The notes under the pieces are model-generated. The model saw only the letters and a program-made list of their open reading frames with translations. It searched no databases and was not told where the DNA came from. A DNA stretch of 64,000 bases from Azolla caroliniana (lineage: Eukaryota; Plantae; Polypodiophyta). This document shows, piece after piece, positions 24,986-36,999 of the stretch. Location: positions 18,972,001 through 19,036,000 of the forward strand of contig JBHGNT010000016.1 in assembly GCA_043228905.1 (NCBI GenBank), given 5' to 3'. Each line of letters starts with the position of its first letter. Positions within the stretch are counted from its first letter, which is position 1. The position numbers and the translations under genes are program-made.

Positions 24986-27214
24986 TATATCTGTGTGTGT
25001 GTGTGTGTGTTGTATTTGTTTCCTGCTTGATAATGGTTATTATATAAGAGTAGGGAATGTTCAAATATAACTTGCAGCTCTCCTAGTGTATGAATCATGG
25101 TTAGGAGAAGAAATATTTCTAAGATTTTTTTTTCCTTGTCATTTCAGCATGGTAAGCACAAAATATGGAAATATCAACACAGATCACATCTTGTTCATCT
25201 GTAGTGGTGCATTTCATGCTTGCAAACCTAGTGACATGCTTGCAGAGTTACAAGGTCGTTTACCCATTCGAGTTGAATTGAAAGGTCTTACGAAGGAGGT
25301 ATGTAGGGATATAATCCCTCCCTATAGCATTTTGTTTTACTTCAAATTTTGCAACATTTGTGTTAATGTTTTTGTGAAATTCAGGATCTTTATCGTATAT
25401 TAACAGAACCTGAGACAAACTTAATAAAGCAGCAGATTCTTCTGCTGAAGACAGAAGGCGTTGACCTTGTATTTACAAATGATGCAGTCAGAGAGTTGGC
25501 CAATATAGCAGCTGAGGTATATCTCTAGATCCCACATGCTAATTGAGCATCATCAGTTAATATGTAAATATCCAAGCAGATCCAGATCAAATAGTGAATC
25601 ATTTTTATATGTGAGACATGAGAACATCCAATCGTTTTTGGATTTTCTCTAGACTGCTAGACATGAGAACATCCAGCTCCAATACCGAGGGAAAGATGTA
25701 ATGGCATGGGAGTACCCAGATCTAAATACCAAATAGACTTATGCTATCAAATTCATGTGCTATAGTCAATGGTGGTTTGATATAGATGATAAAGATAGGT
25801 CTTTACTGATGTAGAGCTGACAATATGGCCTACTTCATAAAGGTGTGTAATAGAGTATTTTCAAATAGTGTCGTTTCATTTCGTGCTCATTGTAGCCTGC
25901 AGAATAGCTATTAGAGAAATTAAATCATGTCTATTTAGTTGACTTGTTGCTGTGGAGCTCAATGTAACTAGAGAATATGGTTGAATATGATGAGTGGCAA
26001 ATGACCTGAGTACATTACAAACGTTGTGAGGATACTCCCGTTCTTCTGAAATTTGGTATTTGATAATTGGCTTTGGTATGGTGAAGGCCTTCAATCTGGT
26101 AGCATTTAAGAACTGTAAAAAACGATAATTTTAGCATATCTGGGAGAATTTTGATCTGCAGGAATGGGGCACAAATAGACAATAAACAATAAGAATGATG
26201 TCACTGAACCAGGCCTAGATCTAAAAGTGGAGTTCTGCTCTCCAAGGACTGACCTTGGTGTCTATTTCGTATATTTCAAAACTTTCCCATAAAAACATAA
26301 AAAAAGGTCATCAGGAAGTGTTAATTGGGTTCAGGGACGTGAAAATTCCCAATGGCCAAACTATTAAAACATCATAAGGAAATAGTCTGGAGGTATTTAT
26401 TCATCTCAACTTCAATCATTGATTTCCTTTATCATAAGTTGTAAAAGTCAATCAATATATAGAAATGCCCAGATGTGCTTGTAACTCCAAAATTTATGAG
26501 TTGTCTTTGAGTAGCTACCATTTTTTAGTATCTAGCAATACAAGAATGTGGAGATTGCTAATTCATGCATATGACAGTTTCCAATCATCAGTGCACACAT
26601 CCAATAGTTATTTGATGTATCATTAAGGAAAAGAATGCCACTTTGTTATTACCTTTTACATCATTCTTTAATCCTTGGTTGCATTTTCTTTATCCAGGTG
26701 AATAAGTTTGTAGATAACATTGGAGCACGAAGATTGCACACTGTAAGCAAACTGTTTGGTGAAAATAACATCCTTCAGATGTCATTTTTGGTTGCATTCA
26801 CAGATACCTCAAATTATTATGCAGATAATTGAGAAAGTAGTCGAAGATATTAGCTTCAATGCTCCTGAGAGAACAGGAAGTAGATATGTAATTGACAAAC
26901 AGGTTTGACTTTTTTTAACCTCTCAAGTTCTTTGATGGATCAGTTATACAATTTTACATGTAATGATGGTTTTAACTTTTAATATTTCTCTTGTGGGAGA
27001 AATGAAAACGATGCGGATCAGTATGCAAACAGAAATTCTAATGATTAAGACTGCATGTGTATAAAAAAGAAATTAGATAGTTCAATACAATGTTATACAT
27101 GAAAATTACGTTCATGATGGTCATCTTTATACTATAGTCTGATCTTTGCAGAAAGTTAGGAATTCAGTGGGGCATCTCCTAACAAAGACAGACCTTTCAA
27201 GGTTCGTCTTATAA
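17671..27214 (+). CDS. hslU: ATP-dependent protease ATPase subunit HslU (ClpY), nuclear-encoded, probably mitochondrion-targeted; ~492-501 aa
   Basis: GT-AG exons: 17671-17747, (18680-18706), 18867-18937, 19024-19122, 20652-20797, 20952-21053, 21124-21210, 21298-21471, 24363-24485, 24573-24703, 25148-25298, 25385-25516, 26698-26742, 26825-26902, 27152-27214. Phases are consistent and there are no internal stops. Motifs: [58 protein letters not shown] (Walker A), [28 protein letters not shown] (Walker B), [34 protein letters not shown] and C-terminal DLSRFVL*. The first exons are less certain than the core. Confidence 0.95.
21600..24120 (-). mobile_element. Heavily decayed LINE-like remnant inside the ~2.9-kb HslU intron (antisense)
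   Basis: The minus-strand translation near 22150 gives KGALGIVNL (L1 GGLG motif). The region is full of stops, and the boundaries are approximate. Confidence 0.45.
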
Positions 27215-28169
27215 GAGCCATCTGCATCAACCATGGAATGGGAATGCATAGTGCCGAATGTAGTTTTGCATCCTTGTAAAAAGTCTGGATGTAAATAATT
27301 GATGCATAATTGTATATATGCATCTCTAATGGTTGTACGATAGTTTCACAGTTACATCTGATTCTTCCTACAATATGTAAAATATGTCTACTTAAAAGAC
27401 AACCCACTGCAGAGGAGATTGTCCATGTAACAACTTTGAGGCAGCTTTGTGACACATTTGTCCAAAAATAAAATGTCTAGATGCACTATACTCTCTTTTT
27501 TTCTGCTTATCTTAAATACCACTACATATGCTACTTCTATATGGTGTATGTCAATGAGGACTAATGTGGAAGCTGTAAGACCACCATGGCGGCTGTAAGT
27601 AAAAGAGGCAGTATCCATGTAATGTTAGGAATTTTTAGAGGAAAAGACCAAGTACATATGAAAGGGATGTGAAAAGAACAAAATCCAATGATTATTTGAT
27701 CAAATATGCATTCTTCGTGCTTGAAGTGGAGTGGCATTGAAATGTGTAAAGGATGAAAGCAGACTATTATAGTGAACTTCCTTCTTTTAAAGGAGAAAAG
27801 TTAGGTATATGATGAACAGGAATTCTGATGCATTACAACGGTTGCGAGACTGCAATGTATAAACACAAATCTATTTGGGTCAGCAGTAATGATGCTTATT
27901 TGGTTGGGTTAGCAGTAATGAAGCTAAGGAACTTTTCAACAACAGAGTTATGAATGATTAGATGGTAGCAATGTATTCATTTTAGTGAAAGCACTTAAAC
28001 ATGAATCATTTGAAAACATATGGATCTGATATGCTAATGGTAATAAAAATACAATGAATTAATGCATATAATTGCCAAGTTTTCTATCTGGAATTGAAAT
28101 TAGATTCTTTGGTATTTGCAATATTAATCATTTCCTTAATTCCAGTATAAATTCTGATTATAAAACCAC

Positions 28170-28438
28170 TCGATTTGGGGTCATAATGAATGAGGTGTTT
28201 AGGTTTTAATGCTTCCATTGAAAACACCTGGAAGCATGGTGATATTCTAGTATCTGTGAGAGACAGTTTATTTGGGTCACATGAAGAACTTTAATACTTC
28301 CGTTCCAAAAAACCACCAAATAATCATAGTTTATTTGGGTCATACTGAGAGTTTAAATACTTCAGTTAAAAATACCACCGTGTAATTGTAGTTTGTTTGG
28401 GTCATACACGGTTAATGCTTCAGTTGAAAATACCAAGT
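28170..28438. repeat. Four diverged ~55-70-bp units between the HslU and LSG1 3' ends
   Basis: TTTGGGTCA....TTAATRCTTC.GTT.AAAA.ACC recurs at about 28174, 28271, 28334 and 28396. Confidence 0.7.
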
Positions 28439-29321
28439 ATGATGCATTTCATGGACTATAAATTCATAAATAAAAATGCATGCATAGGAATAGCAATAGA
28501 CAGCCATACACTGTGCAAGGTAATGAGACTTCAATAATAGCATACTTCAATACTTTGTAATTTCTAACAGTTTCCTTATTCAATTGCACTTGTTCATTGA
28601 TGATATGCAAAGGGGTTTTTATATGCATCCACTATTTGAGTGTCCTAAAAATAAAACCGCAGGCATTAGAGAATAAAATCATAAGCATTGTGGTCCTGAA
28701 GCTTGGCAAATTACTTTGATAGGAAACAGAATAATATCCTAATGGAAATTGGACTTTGATCAAACGTCATTTAATATTGGTTCCTGGATAATTGCTTTTC
28801 TTTATATACTATAATCCAGACAGCACTCCAGCAGTTGTCATCTAGAAGACTATTTTATACTTGACTCGTAAACAAATACCCACAATATTGGAAAAAGAAA
28901 TTCATAAAATAATATATTGAATATTCTTGCATCACACCACACCACATGTGGACAGTGCATTGAAATTCCTGAAATTGTGTCAGCCAAAAATAACTAAGCT
29001 TACAAACACACTTCTAGAAATTCCCAAAACTGTGTCCACACTAAATGTGCTGAGAAACACATCTATAAGGCTGTATCAATAGAGATTCCTCTTTAGAGCT
29101 GATATAAAGGCCGTGTATCAATAAGGACTCCTCTTTAGAGCATATACATACATTTATGTGTGATCATATGATAGGTTAAACACTGGTCATAGTATTTGTC
29201 AAAGATATCTGGCATTGTATAGCTTCCTTCAAGAGTTCCAAAATGCCAAGCACATGTAACCATGCTTGACTGCAGCTTGTACAGAAACAACATGATTAAT
29301 TATAAAATCCAAGCTTTGCTT

Positions 29322-32300
29322 CTATCCACGACTAACTTGTGCCAACCGTGCAGCACCGTAACTGACAGGCTTTACCACTCCTCTCACCAATGGCATCCCA
29401 TCTCCATCATCATTTCCTACCCTCCAAGATCGATTCTTTGTTCGAGGGGCTTTTTTGTGCATTTTATGAGCTTTATGTGCTGTGGCATCTTTCGGCTTCT
29501 TGTTTGAAGCTGCCACCACAGCCACCTTCATCCCAGCCATTGCCTCAAAGGAATCTAGATGATTCATAACCCCGTCATATGCCATAGTTTCATCTGTATC
29601 ACCAATATCAGCATGTGCTGCATGTGCTTCATAATCAACACCATCATCATGTGAACTATTTGATTCTTCATCATCACTTCTTGGAGGAAGGTGATAGTGA
29701 AGCAATTTCCCATTGACATAATCTTTCAACATCATCCTTGCAGCTCGTGTCTCATCAGCTAATCCAGCTCCCGCAACATAGCCTCTAGAGAGACAGAAAG
29801 CATGAAGCAATTCATATGCTGTCGGTGGTCTATCCTGAGGCTCATATGGCTTAGGTTTAGGTAACAAAAGACCATATAGTTGCTCAAATACATGACGTGG
29901 AACAAGGTTTGCGATTGTTTGTATAGGGCCCCTATGGTCAGTTAATCTGTCGATTGGCAAAACCCCACATGCAACCATTTCTGAGCGTGAACTCGTAAAT
30001 GAGGGAAAGACTAGCCCTGGACAATCACATAACATCAGCTCTTCAGAGAGTAGAAGAGTTTGGAAATGCTTGGTCTTCCCTGGTGTAGAAGTCACACCAG
30101 TCTTCTTCTCTCCCACCAAGGCATTTATAGTGGAGCTCTTGCCAACATTAGGATACCCTATAAAACCAACCACTACATGCTTATTTGTAGTTATAACCTT
30201 CTTATGATCTTCTTGATGCAGACTTTTCATATCAGAGTGCATCTCAGGATTTGCCGTGGAAACATTAAGTGCACTCTTCCGTTCGAGTGACACAGACTTT
30301 GCCTTGGATTCTAGTTTATCCAACAGCTCTTCCCTATCAAGTATCCTTACTTCTTCATCAGAAGATCCTTCATCCATAATACTATGATCCAGCTTGGCAT
30401 TTCCTTCAAGCTCAGCAGTTGCATTCTTGGCAGACCAGAACATAAAAGCAATATCCTGTGACCTGAAATAGTTTGCCCATTTCGATCTGCAAACCAATAA
30501 GCTATATTGTTAGATGCCGAGATTTGTTGAAATGGAGGAATATTGAGGCCATGCATTGAGAGGCATAAAGTGAATAAACGAGGGTTTCATACTCACCTGG
30601 CTGATTCTGGAAGCAAGTCAGCTTTGTTAACTAGAAGCATAGTCTGCTTGTAAGGATCAACCTCTCGAACATAGGCCTAAAAGTTCATTTGACAGCGAAA
30701 TGTCAGAACCCTACAGATCTCACATTTAAAATTCCAAAATAAACTGAGGACTATGAGCTAGGATTTCTCTGACCTCCAAATCTGGACACCTATAAAACAG
30801 CGGATTCCGAGCATCCACCACTGTTACCACCTTCATACACATGAGTTACATTTAGTCAAGAATGCATAGAGGCATGTATGGCAAGGCTGAGCTTTACACT
30901 CACCAGATCACTTCGTTCTATAACTCTCCATAGTTGTCTCCATATTTCAAGATTCTTTTCAAAAGGTGTAACCACCAATTTCTCATTTTCCTCCAAGCTA
31001 CATACAATAGGAATTTGTCCAGATCAGATATTATTAAGCTACGATAAACAAAAAGATTACCAGAACTTGCATTTTGGCCTCACCCCGAAGAGAGACCGTC
31101 AGTAGTAATTCCTGGTCTTATATTGACACTTCAAATGTGAGCTTTTTTCTATTTACAATTGCAAAAGTTTACCTTACTAGTTCGCGTCGCCATTCCAAAA
31201 ATGATTGTCTCTCCTTCATATCGAGTTCTTCTGGAGTCATACCAGTATGCCACCTTGGTCTGGAGACATAACATGAAACCGATGTATAAACAAAGTAATA
31301 TGGCATCAATGCATTAAATCAATATAATCCTGTCTAGCAGTGTATTTCTGCCCATATGAACGACAATGACAAACAAAGGCTTCAAATCACTCATGTTATA
31401 GTACTAATGAAGTTTTACAAGATTTCCTTTCTCGATGATGTTATATACCTTCTTGGGATTTTTAAGCTACTCTGATGCAGCTTTTCCTCAGTCTTTTGCA
31501 GCTTCTCTTTGTCCTCGAGACTCAAACTTTCATCTCCTTCAACCTCACTGTAGCAAAATGAAGAATCTTATATCTATATATAAGCCTAAGTTAACAAGTA
31601 AACCAAAAGAATGGGGCAAAGTTATAAACCATCCACTAAATCTATGGGAGAGAATAAATCTCATTCAGAACATAAGTATGTAACCCATGAGCTTATATAA
31701 AGAATTAAAACTCATGTAAATTCGAAGTAATATTTATCCTAAAAGAGAAAGGCTGGAATCCCATTTATAAAATCATCACCTATTGTATCTTGGAGTGGTG
31801 GGGTTTTGATCACCCGCTGCCCCCTAGTCATCAGGCACTGTGGAGAAATCATCCCCCATACATGGCCTTACAACCTTATGAAGGTAGTGCTTTTATGGTA
31901 AACAGCCATCCTGTGCATGGTCAATGTAACCTCCTGTAGTAAAGCATTGCTTCTCCCAGAGTTATAGGGCCAACAAAAAACTAAACCCTTCTGAAAGTTC
32001 AGACTTGAAAAGCCAGAAATCCCTCTCGACAATTCGTTCCAAGCAGACTTGTAAAAATTAAAGAACCCCACTTGGATATAGCTTGGAATGTGAAAAACCT
32101 ACCTTGGGTTTTAATAAAACCTCACTTGAGATGTTGACAGAGTCATATCATGATGGCTATCATGATGGCCATGAGAGGATTTCAGATACAAACTGAACAC
32201 GCATGTAACGTTGATACAGTCCTCATCTATCCTCCTCAAACAAAGATTGGTTGCCAAAGTCAACACTGAACACATGATATCTATCCCAAATGGCTTTCAC

Positions 32301-33203
32301 ACCCCATGTCATCAAATCCAAACACATAACTACAACACATAAACAGAAACCCCATTGATGCAATCATTTACTATATCTAAAAAAAGGTGTAAATTTTCAG
32401 TAAATCACAAGAATAAATCCATAACAAAGTTAGCCAGTATTCCAAAAGAACGAGAAAAAAAACCCTATGTATTCACATAAAGCCTAGATCTCCCAGTGAA
32501 TTGCAATGAAAATATATGGACAGACAAGAACCAAGTTTAGCAAGTAACCCAAATCAAATCGGAAGCCATTTGAAAATTCCCCATCCATAATATGTGCTAT
32601 CCACACAAAGAAGAAATGCAACATCATCCATAAAAAAGAAAACCCATCCACTGTTTTCCAAAAGACTTGAACGTATCCACTGAATAGCATGAAATTGAAG
32701 AAAAAGCCCAAAACACTAAAAATTAAGGGAAAACGCCACATCAAAATGGAGCCAATATCAAACAATTTTCAGCACAAACATTAGAAAGAACCTAACAGGC
32801 TAACTTTTAATGAGACAATCCACCGTGTTTGTGTGTTTGTGTGTATGAGAAAGAAAGAAAGAAAGAAAGATATATTAACATCTTCTAAGGCCAAAATTGG
32901 CCCATGAGACAAATGGTTTACAACAAAAAATTGGGATATTTAGCCATTCACCGAAAGTAAAACAAAGACTCACTCGGAAACAAAGACATGAGGAGAAGGA
33001 TGGGAAGAAGAGAAGATGCGTCCAGCGAGCTCAGCTTGCTCCATGACAGTGTCAAGGTCTCGGGGATCGATGACCGACTCCACTACCCCCGAAGTCTTCT
33101 TCTTCTTCTGATATCGGTTGCTTCCGCTACCTCCACCTCTGATGGCATTCTGCCGCCGTATCAGAGCTTGACCGAGGCTGTCTTTACCCTTCTGGCCGCC
33201 CAT
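29322..33203 (-). CDS. LSG1: Large subunit GTPase 1 homolog (circularly permuted GTPase, 60S maturation)
   Basis: Seven exons, about 33203-32974, 31548-31449, 31260-31173, 30998-30904, 30831-30774, 30676-30597 and 30487-29322. Motifs: IPRRPRW, FLEWRREL, TPFEKNLEIWRQLWRVIERSDL, VVDARNPLFYRCPDLE, LLVNKADLL (G4), GYPNVGKSS (G1), TPGKTKHFQT (G2), LCDCPGLVFP (G3). Internal exon edges are accurate to a few nt. Confidence 0.95.
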
Positions 33204-33345
33204 CTTCGCGAAAGAATACACAGAGAAGGAGCAGGGAGACAGATTCTTCCTGCAGGTCGAAATTCGCCCACATAAAATGTATGTACAGAACATATACATA
33301 TATATATGTATATATAAGGCAGAGAAATGTTTGCTAAAATGGACC

Positions 33346-33353
33346 TAGGGTTT
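33346..33353 (-). promoter_or_regulatory. Telo-box (AAACCCTA) ~140 bp upstream of the LSG1 start
   Basis: TAGGGTTT on the plus strand. Telo-boxes are established elements of plant ribosome-biogenesis gene promoters. Confidence 0.5.
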
Positions 33354-33454
33354 CCTGAAATTCCATTTATGGCCCCCCTTATGTTTCCCAAAATAGCCCT
33401 ATGGTTTCATGAAATACCACTTATAGCCCTCTCTTTGCCTTAAGACTTATACTA

Positions 33455-33545
33455 CATTAATGAAATACCTTCATGAGGTTTTTGTTCACATTTATCACTA
33501 TATTAATGGAATACCTTCATGAGGTTTTTGTTCACATTTATCGGA
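33455..33545. repeat. ~46-bp direct tandem duplication upstream of LSG1
   Basis: ATTAATGRAATACCTTCATGAGGTTTTTGTTCACATTTATC occurs twice. Confidence 0.85.
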
Positions 33546-34854
33546 TAACTTTGGTCGGGTTCTGCTCTTGCTCCCATTGATGCTCTTTGTTTCTATGTCC
33601 TTTCTATGCCCTTGAGCTTTTGTTACATTAATCGAATGTCTCGGTGAAGTTCTGTTTTTATGCTTCGGTGAGTGTTTTGCCTTATTTCAGCTGTTGCCCC
33701 TTGAGTTTGAGCTTTTTGTTACATTAATCGAATATCTCGTGTTGGTCTTTTTGTTTCTATGCTCGATGATCGTTTTGTTTTCTATCCATTGTTGCACTTT
33801 TGACCGTTAGTGTTATTTCCGTCAATGCCATGGATGGAGCCTTTGTGTTCTTTCCAGCGATGCCTTGAAGCTTTTCTTTTCTTTTCCATTGATGCCTTAG
33901 AGCTTTTGTTTTATTTTCTTTGATGCCATTGAGCTATCCTTTTGTTTCCTTTCATGCCATTGCGCTTTCACTACCCCTAAATGGTTGCTATATTATTGTC
34001 CCTTTGGGGGTTGACCACGAATAACATTCGGGGAAATAAATGAACTAATTTAGGGTATTTCGAAGTTATTCCCTAATCCAAATAACTCTTTTGAAAAATC
34101 TTCCAAATTAAACCTTATTATTCTAGATTAAATAATTCATTCAATTTTTTCCTTTTTTAAAAGGGAGGGGGGGGGGAGAGAGAACCAATATATCCACGAT
34201 TTCCCTAATAATTTGTTTAGGGCCTAGGCCATGTGTTTGTGTGTTAGTATGATTAATATCAAACCAACTGGCCAAACATTTTCCTTACAATGATGTTATT
34301 GGCTCAAAAAAACTTGCAATATCACATGTGTATGTATATCATAAGTGTGGACATATATGTCCATTCAACTTCAACGTGACAACATGAGGAAATAGAACTA
34401 CAATTCATAAACACTATTACATGGGGTTTATTTCAACGTTTCACAAATTCATTTTCAACCGACTTACCAGTTTCCTTATGCAATAAAGTACAAAATGCCA
34501 ATGTTGTTTGTTGATAAGTGGATCGAGACCATTGATTACGCTATGCCTTGAATCGGGCCTTTAAGGATAGCAAATGTTTAGGAGAAGACAATGCACAAAA
34601 AACGATCATTTTGACGGTTCTAGTATGAAAACTTAAAATTTTCTGCCTACGATTATTGCATAATTTGCTTCAAGGCTCGCGTCCTAAAGTGACATTCACT
34701 ATAATACTCAATGGAGCATAATCTCGGGGAGAGAAGATCCGATTTGGAATTGGAAGTTTGGATTCATGAGTTAGTGCACTAGGAAAGAAGTAAAGGAAAA
34801 ACATATTGGTTATTTTACAATATATACGCTAAAATCAAAGTTAGGTTCATCATG

Positions 34855-34936
34855 GTCGCTTTGGCCGAGTGGTTAAGGCGTGTGCCTGCTAAGTACATGG
34901 GGTTTCCCCGCGAGAGTTCGAATCTCTCAGGCGACG
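34855..34936 (+). tRNA. tRNA-Ser (anticodon GCT), 82 nt, long variable arm, no intron
   Basis: Acceptor stem GTCGCTT/AGGCGAC with discriminator G; A-box TGGCCGAGTGG; anticodon arm TGTGC-CTGCTAA-GTACA; variable arm GGGG-TTT-CCCC; T arm GAGAG-TTCGAAT-CTCTC. Downstream T-runs can act as a Pol III terminator. Confidence 0.96.
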
Positions 34937-35148
34937 CGACCAGCTATTTAACTTTTATTCTCCCCTTGTTCTTTCTTTTTATCATCTAGGAATTATATAT
35001 ATCTATACAAACATATACACAAATGGTGATTTTGAAATAACAAAATGGAGCCTACTTCTCAATCATTTATACATATCGGAGGATTAATGCAATGAAATAA
35101 AAAACTGATCGTCACCATCCCATGGCTGCCTTAACACCTCATAGGGTT

Positions 35149-35400
35149 TTCGAGATTCGATTTGAAGACATCCCTCGCTTCATGATTGTTCCACAAGGTT
35201 TTGTCATCTGTAGAGGCCCATATCGGAGATGAGGCCCAATGACATTGGTTGGTTGATGTACAAGGGTTACAACTTCGAGAACTTGTTCGAGATTCGATTA
35301 GAAGGCATCGAACCTCACTTCATGGTTGCTCCACAAGGCTTTGTCATTTGTAGAGGCCCATATCGAACATGAGGCCCACTGACATTGGTTGATGGATGAG
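35149..35400. repeat. Direct repeat of ~110 bp (period ~138) downstream of the tRNA
   Basis: TTCGAGATTCGATT.GAAG.CATC...CTTCATG.TTG.TCCACAAGG.TTTGTCAT.TGTAGAGGCCCATATCG...TGAGGCCCA occurs twice. Confidence 0.85.
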
Positions 35401-35599
35401 AGAGGCTGATGTTCTTGTACTTGGATTTCCCCTTGTTTTGTTTGGAAAGATGATTAGTTGAGAAATATTTATTTGCTTAAAGGATGCAAAGTTAGCGAGC
35501 CCATGGGCCATGAATGAAAATGCCTTGAGCTAACATTTGTGCACTAGGCACTCTAAAATCAAAGTAGACCGTTCAGTAAACAAAAATCATGATGATGTC

Positions 35600-35950
35600 A
35601 CAATACCCCCCTCTACCTAATACCAAACCCTTTCACACACATCACCCCATCTCGTCCAATACACTCACTCTTTTTATCGTCCTAATTCTCAAAATCCTCT
35701 TCTTCTTGCCTAATGTTTCCCCTACCCGTTGCACACACAACACTTCATTTACCCCTTTCACAAACAACAATACCCCTTCTTTACACAATACTACGTTTGC
35801 CTCACTCTTTTTATTGTCATAATTCTCACCATCTTGCTCTTCTTGCCTAATGTTTCCCCTACCCCTTGCACACACAATACTTCGTTTATCCCTTTCACAC
35901 ACAACAATACCCCTTCTTCACACAATACTATGCTTGCCCCTTTCACACAT
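35600..35950. repeat. ~135-bp C/A-rich tandem duplication
   Basis: CTCTTCTT.CCTAATGTTTCCCCTACCC.TTGCACACACAA.ACTTC.TTTA.CCCTTTCACA.ACAACAATACCCCTTCTT at about 35700 and 35838. Confidence 0.8.
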
Positions 35951-36999
35951 TATAGCTTTAATAGCCTTCCATCACATAACTCCACACCAATGTCTTTTCC
36001 CACATTTTCCACACCTATAATATACAATATCCCCTAACCATTTATTTTCAAGCCTCTTCATACTTCACATTTTACCTTTTCCCCTTCCTCATCGGCCCAA
36101 CATCAATAACGAACTAGGCATGCCAACCCCACCAACAAATGTGATCAGCAAACCATTCACCCCCATCAAGCGCATCCACGTGTACCTCATCAAACAACCA
36201 ACAACCCCATCTCCCTAGTGATTGGATCAGAGGTTCCCCAAACATAACTCCTTTTACCAAGAATCCGTCTCATGCTTCAAATTATCATTTGTTCTATTTC
36301 TTTAAGGAAACTTAACGGTCAAGCCTCCTTCCTCTTTTCATATTTTGCTCACTATTGGCTCCATATTGTTTGCTCCTCTCTTTGTCCGGCTTTTCAAGCA
36401 TCGCTTTTTTTGGAAGGTCTCGGTTGTTCATCCACTATTTTAATTTTCTCTTCAACTAAAACCTCGTAATTCTAATTGATGGCTTCCTTGAGACCATTCT
36501 TTTCTTTTACTTGGTTCTCCTATGCAATTTACATATAAACTTTCCTCTTCGCATCCACTATTTCATAATTTTGAATCTTCCTCAACGTGTTTTCCAAAAC
36601 TTGGCTTCATAATGCTTTTGGCTTCACTTACCTTTCTCGGTTCTAATATTGACCAAAGAGGGGTAGTATGTCGATTGCACATTTCTCCTTTCAACTTCCT
36701 CCATGAGTTTTTTCATACCACGTAAAATTCTAATGAAAGCTCAAGGTTGGCACAAAGGTGGTACGTAGTTTTGGCTCAGACATCCTCAGTGATGAGCCCT
36801 CTTTGCCTTCCACCTAAATTGAGCAAGAGGAGATTGAAACCAATCCTAGGGAACAATGAAGATTCATAAGGTTTTCCTGTGCAAGTGGAGGTAGTCTACA
36901 TCTTCCTAGACAACTCTATGTCATCGAGTCTTTCTTCGAGATGATGCCAAGGTTGTTGCGTCTTTCGTGCGAGTCAAAACTTACTTGACAAGGAATTTC

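Noticed and set aside
24821-25098. Short ORFs within an HslU intron
   Set aside because: They are artefacts of (TACA)n, (TA)n and (TG)n microsatellites.
17671-27214. Bacterial contamination or ClpX assignment for the ATPase
   Set aside because: The gene has spliceosomal introns and plant neighbours. [15 protein letters not shown] and the DLSRFVL end are HslU-type, and there is no ClpX zinc finger.
36050-36760. Possible degenerate ORF on the minus strand
   Set aside because: Lys/Glu-rich fragments with many stops and no identifiable family.
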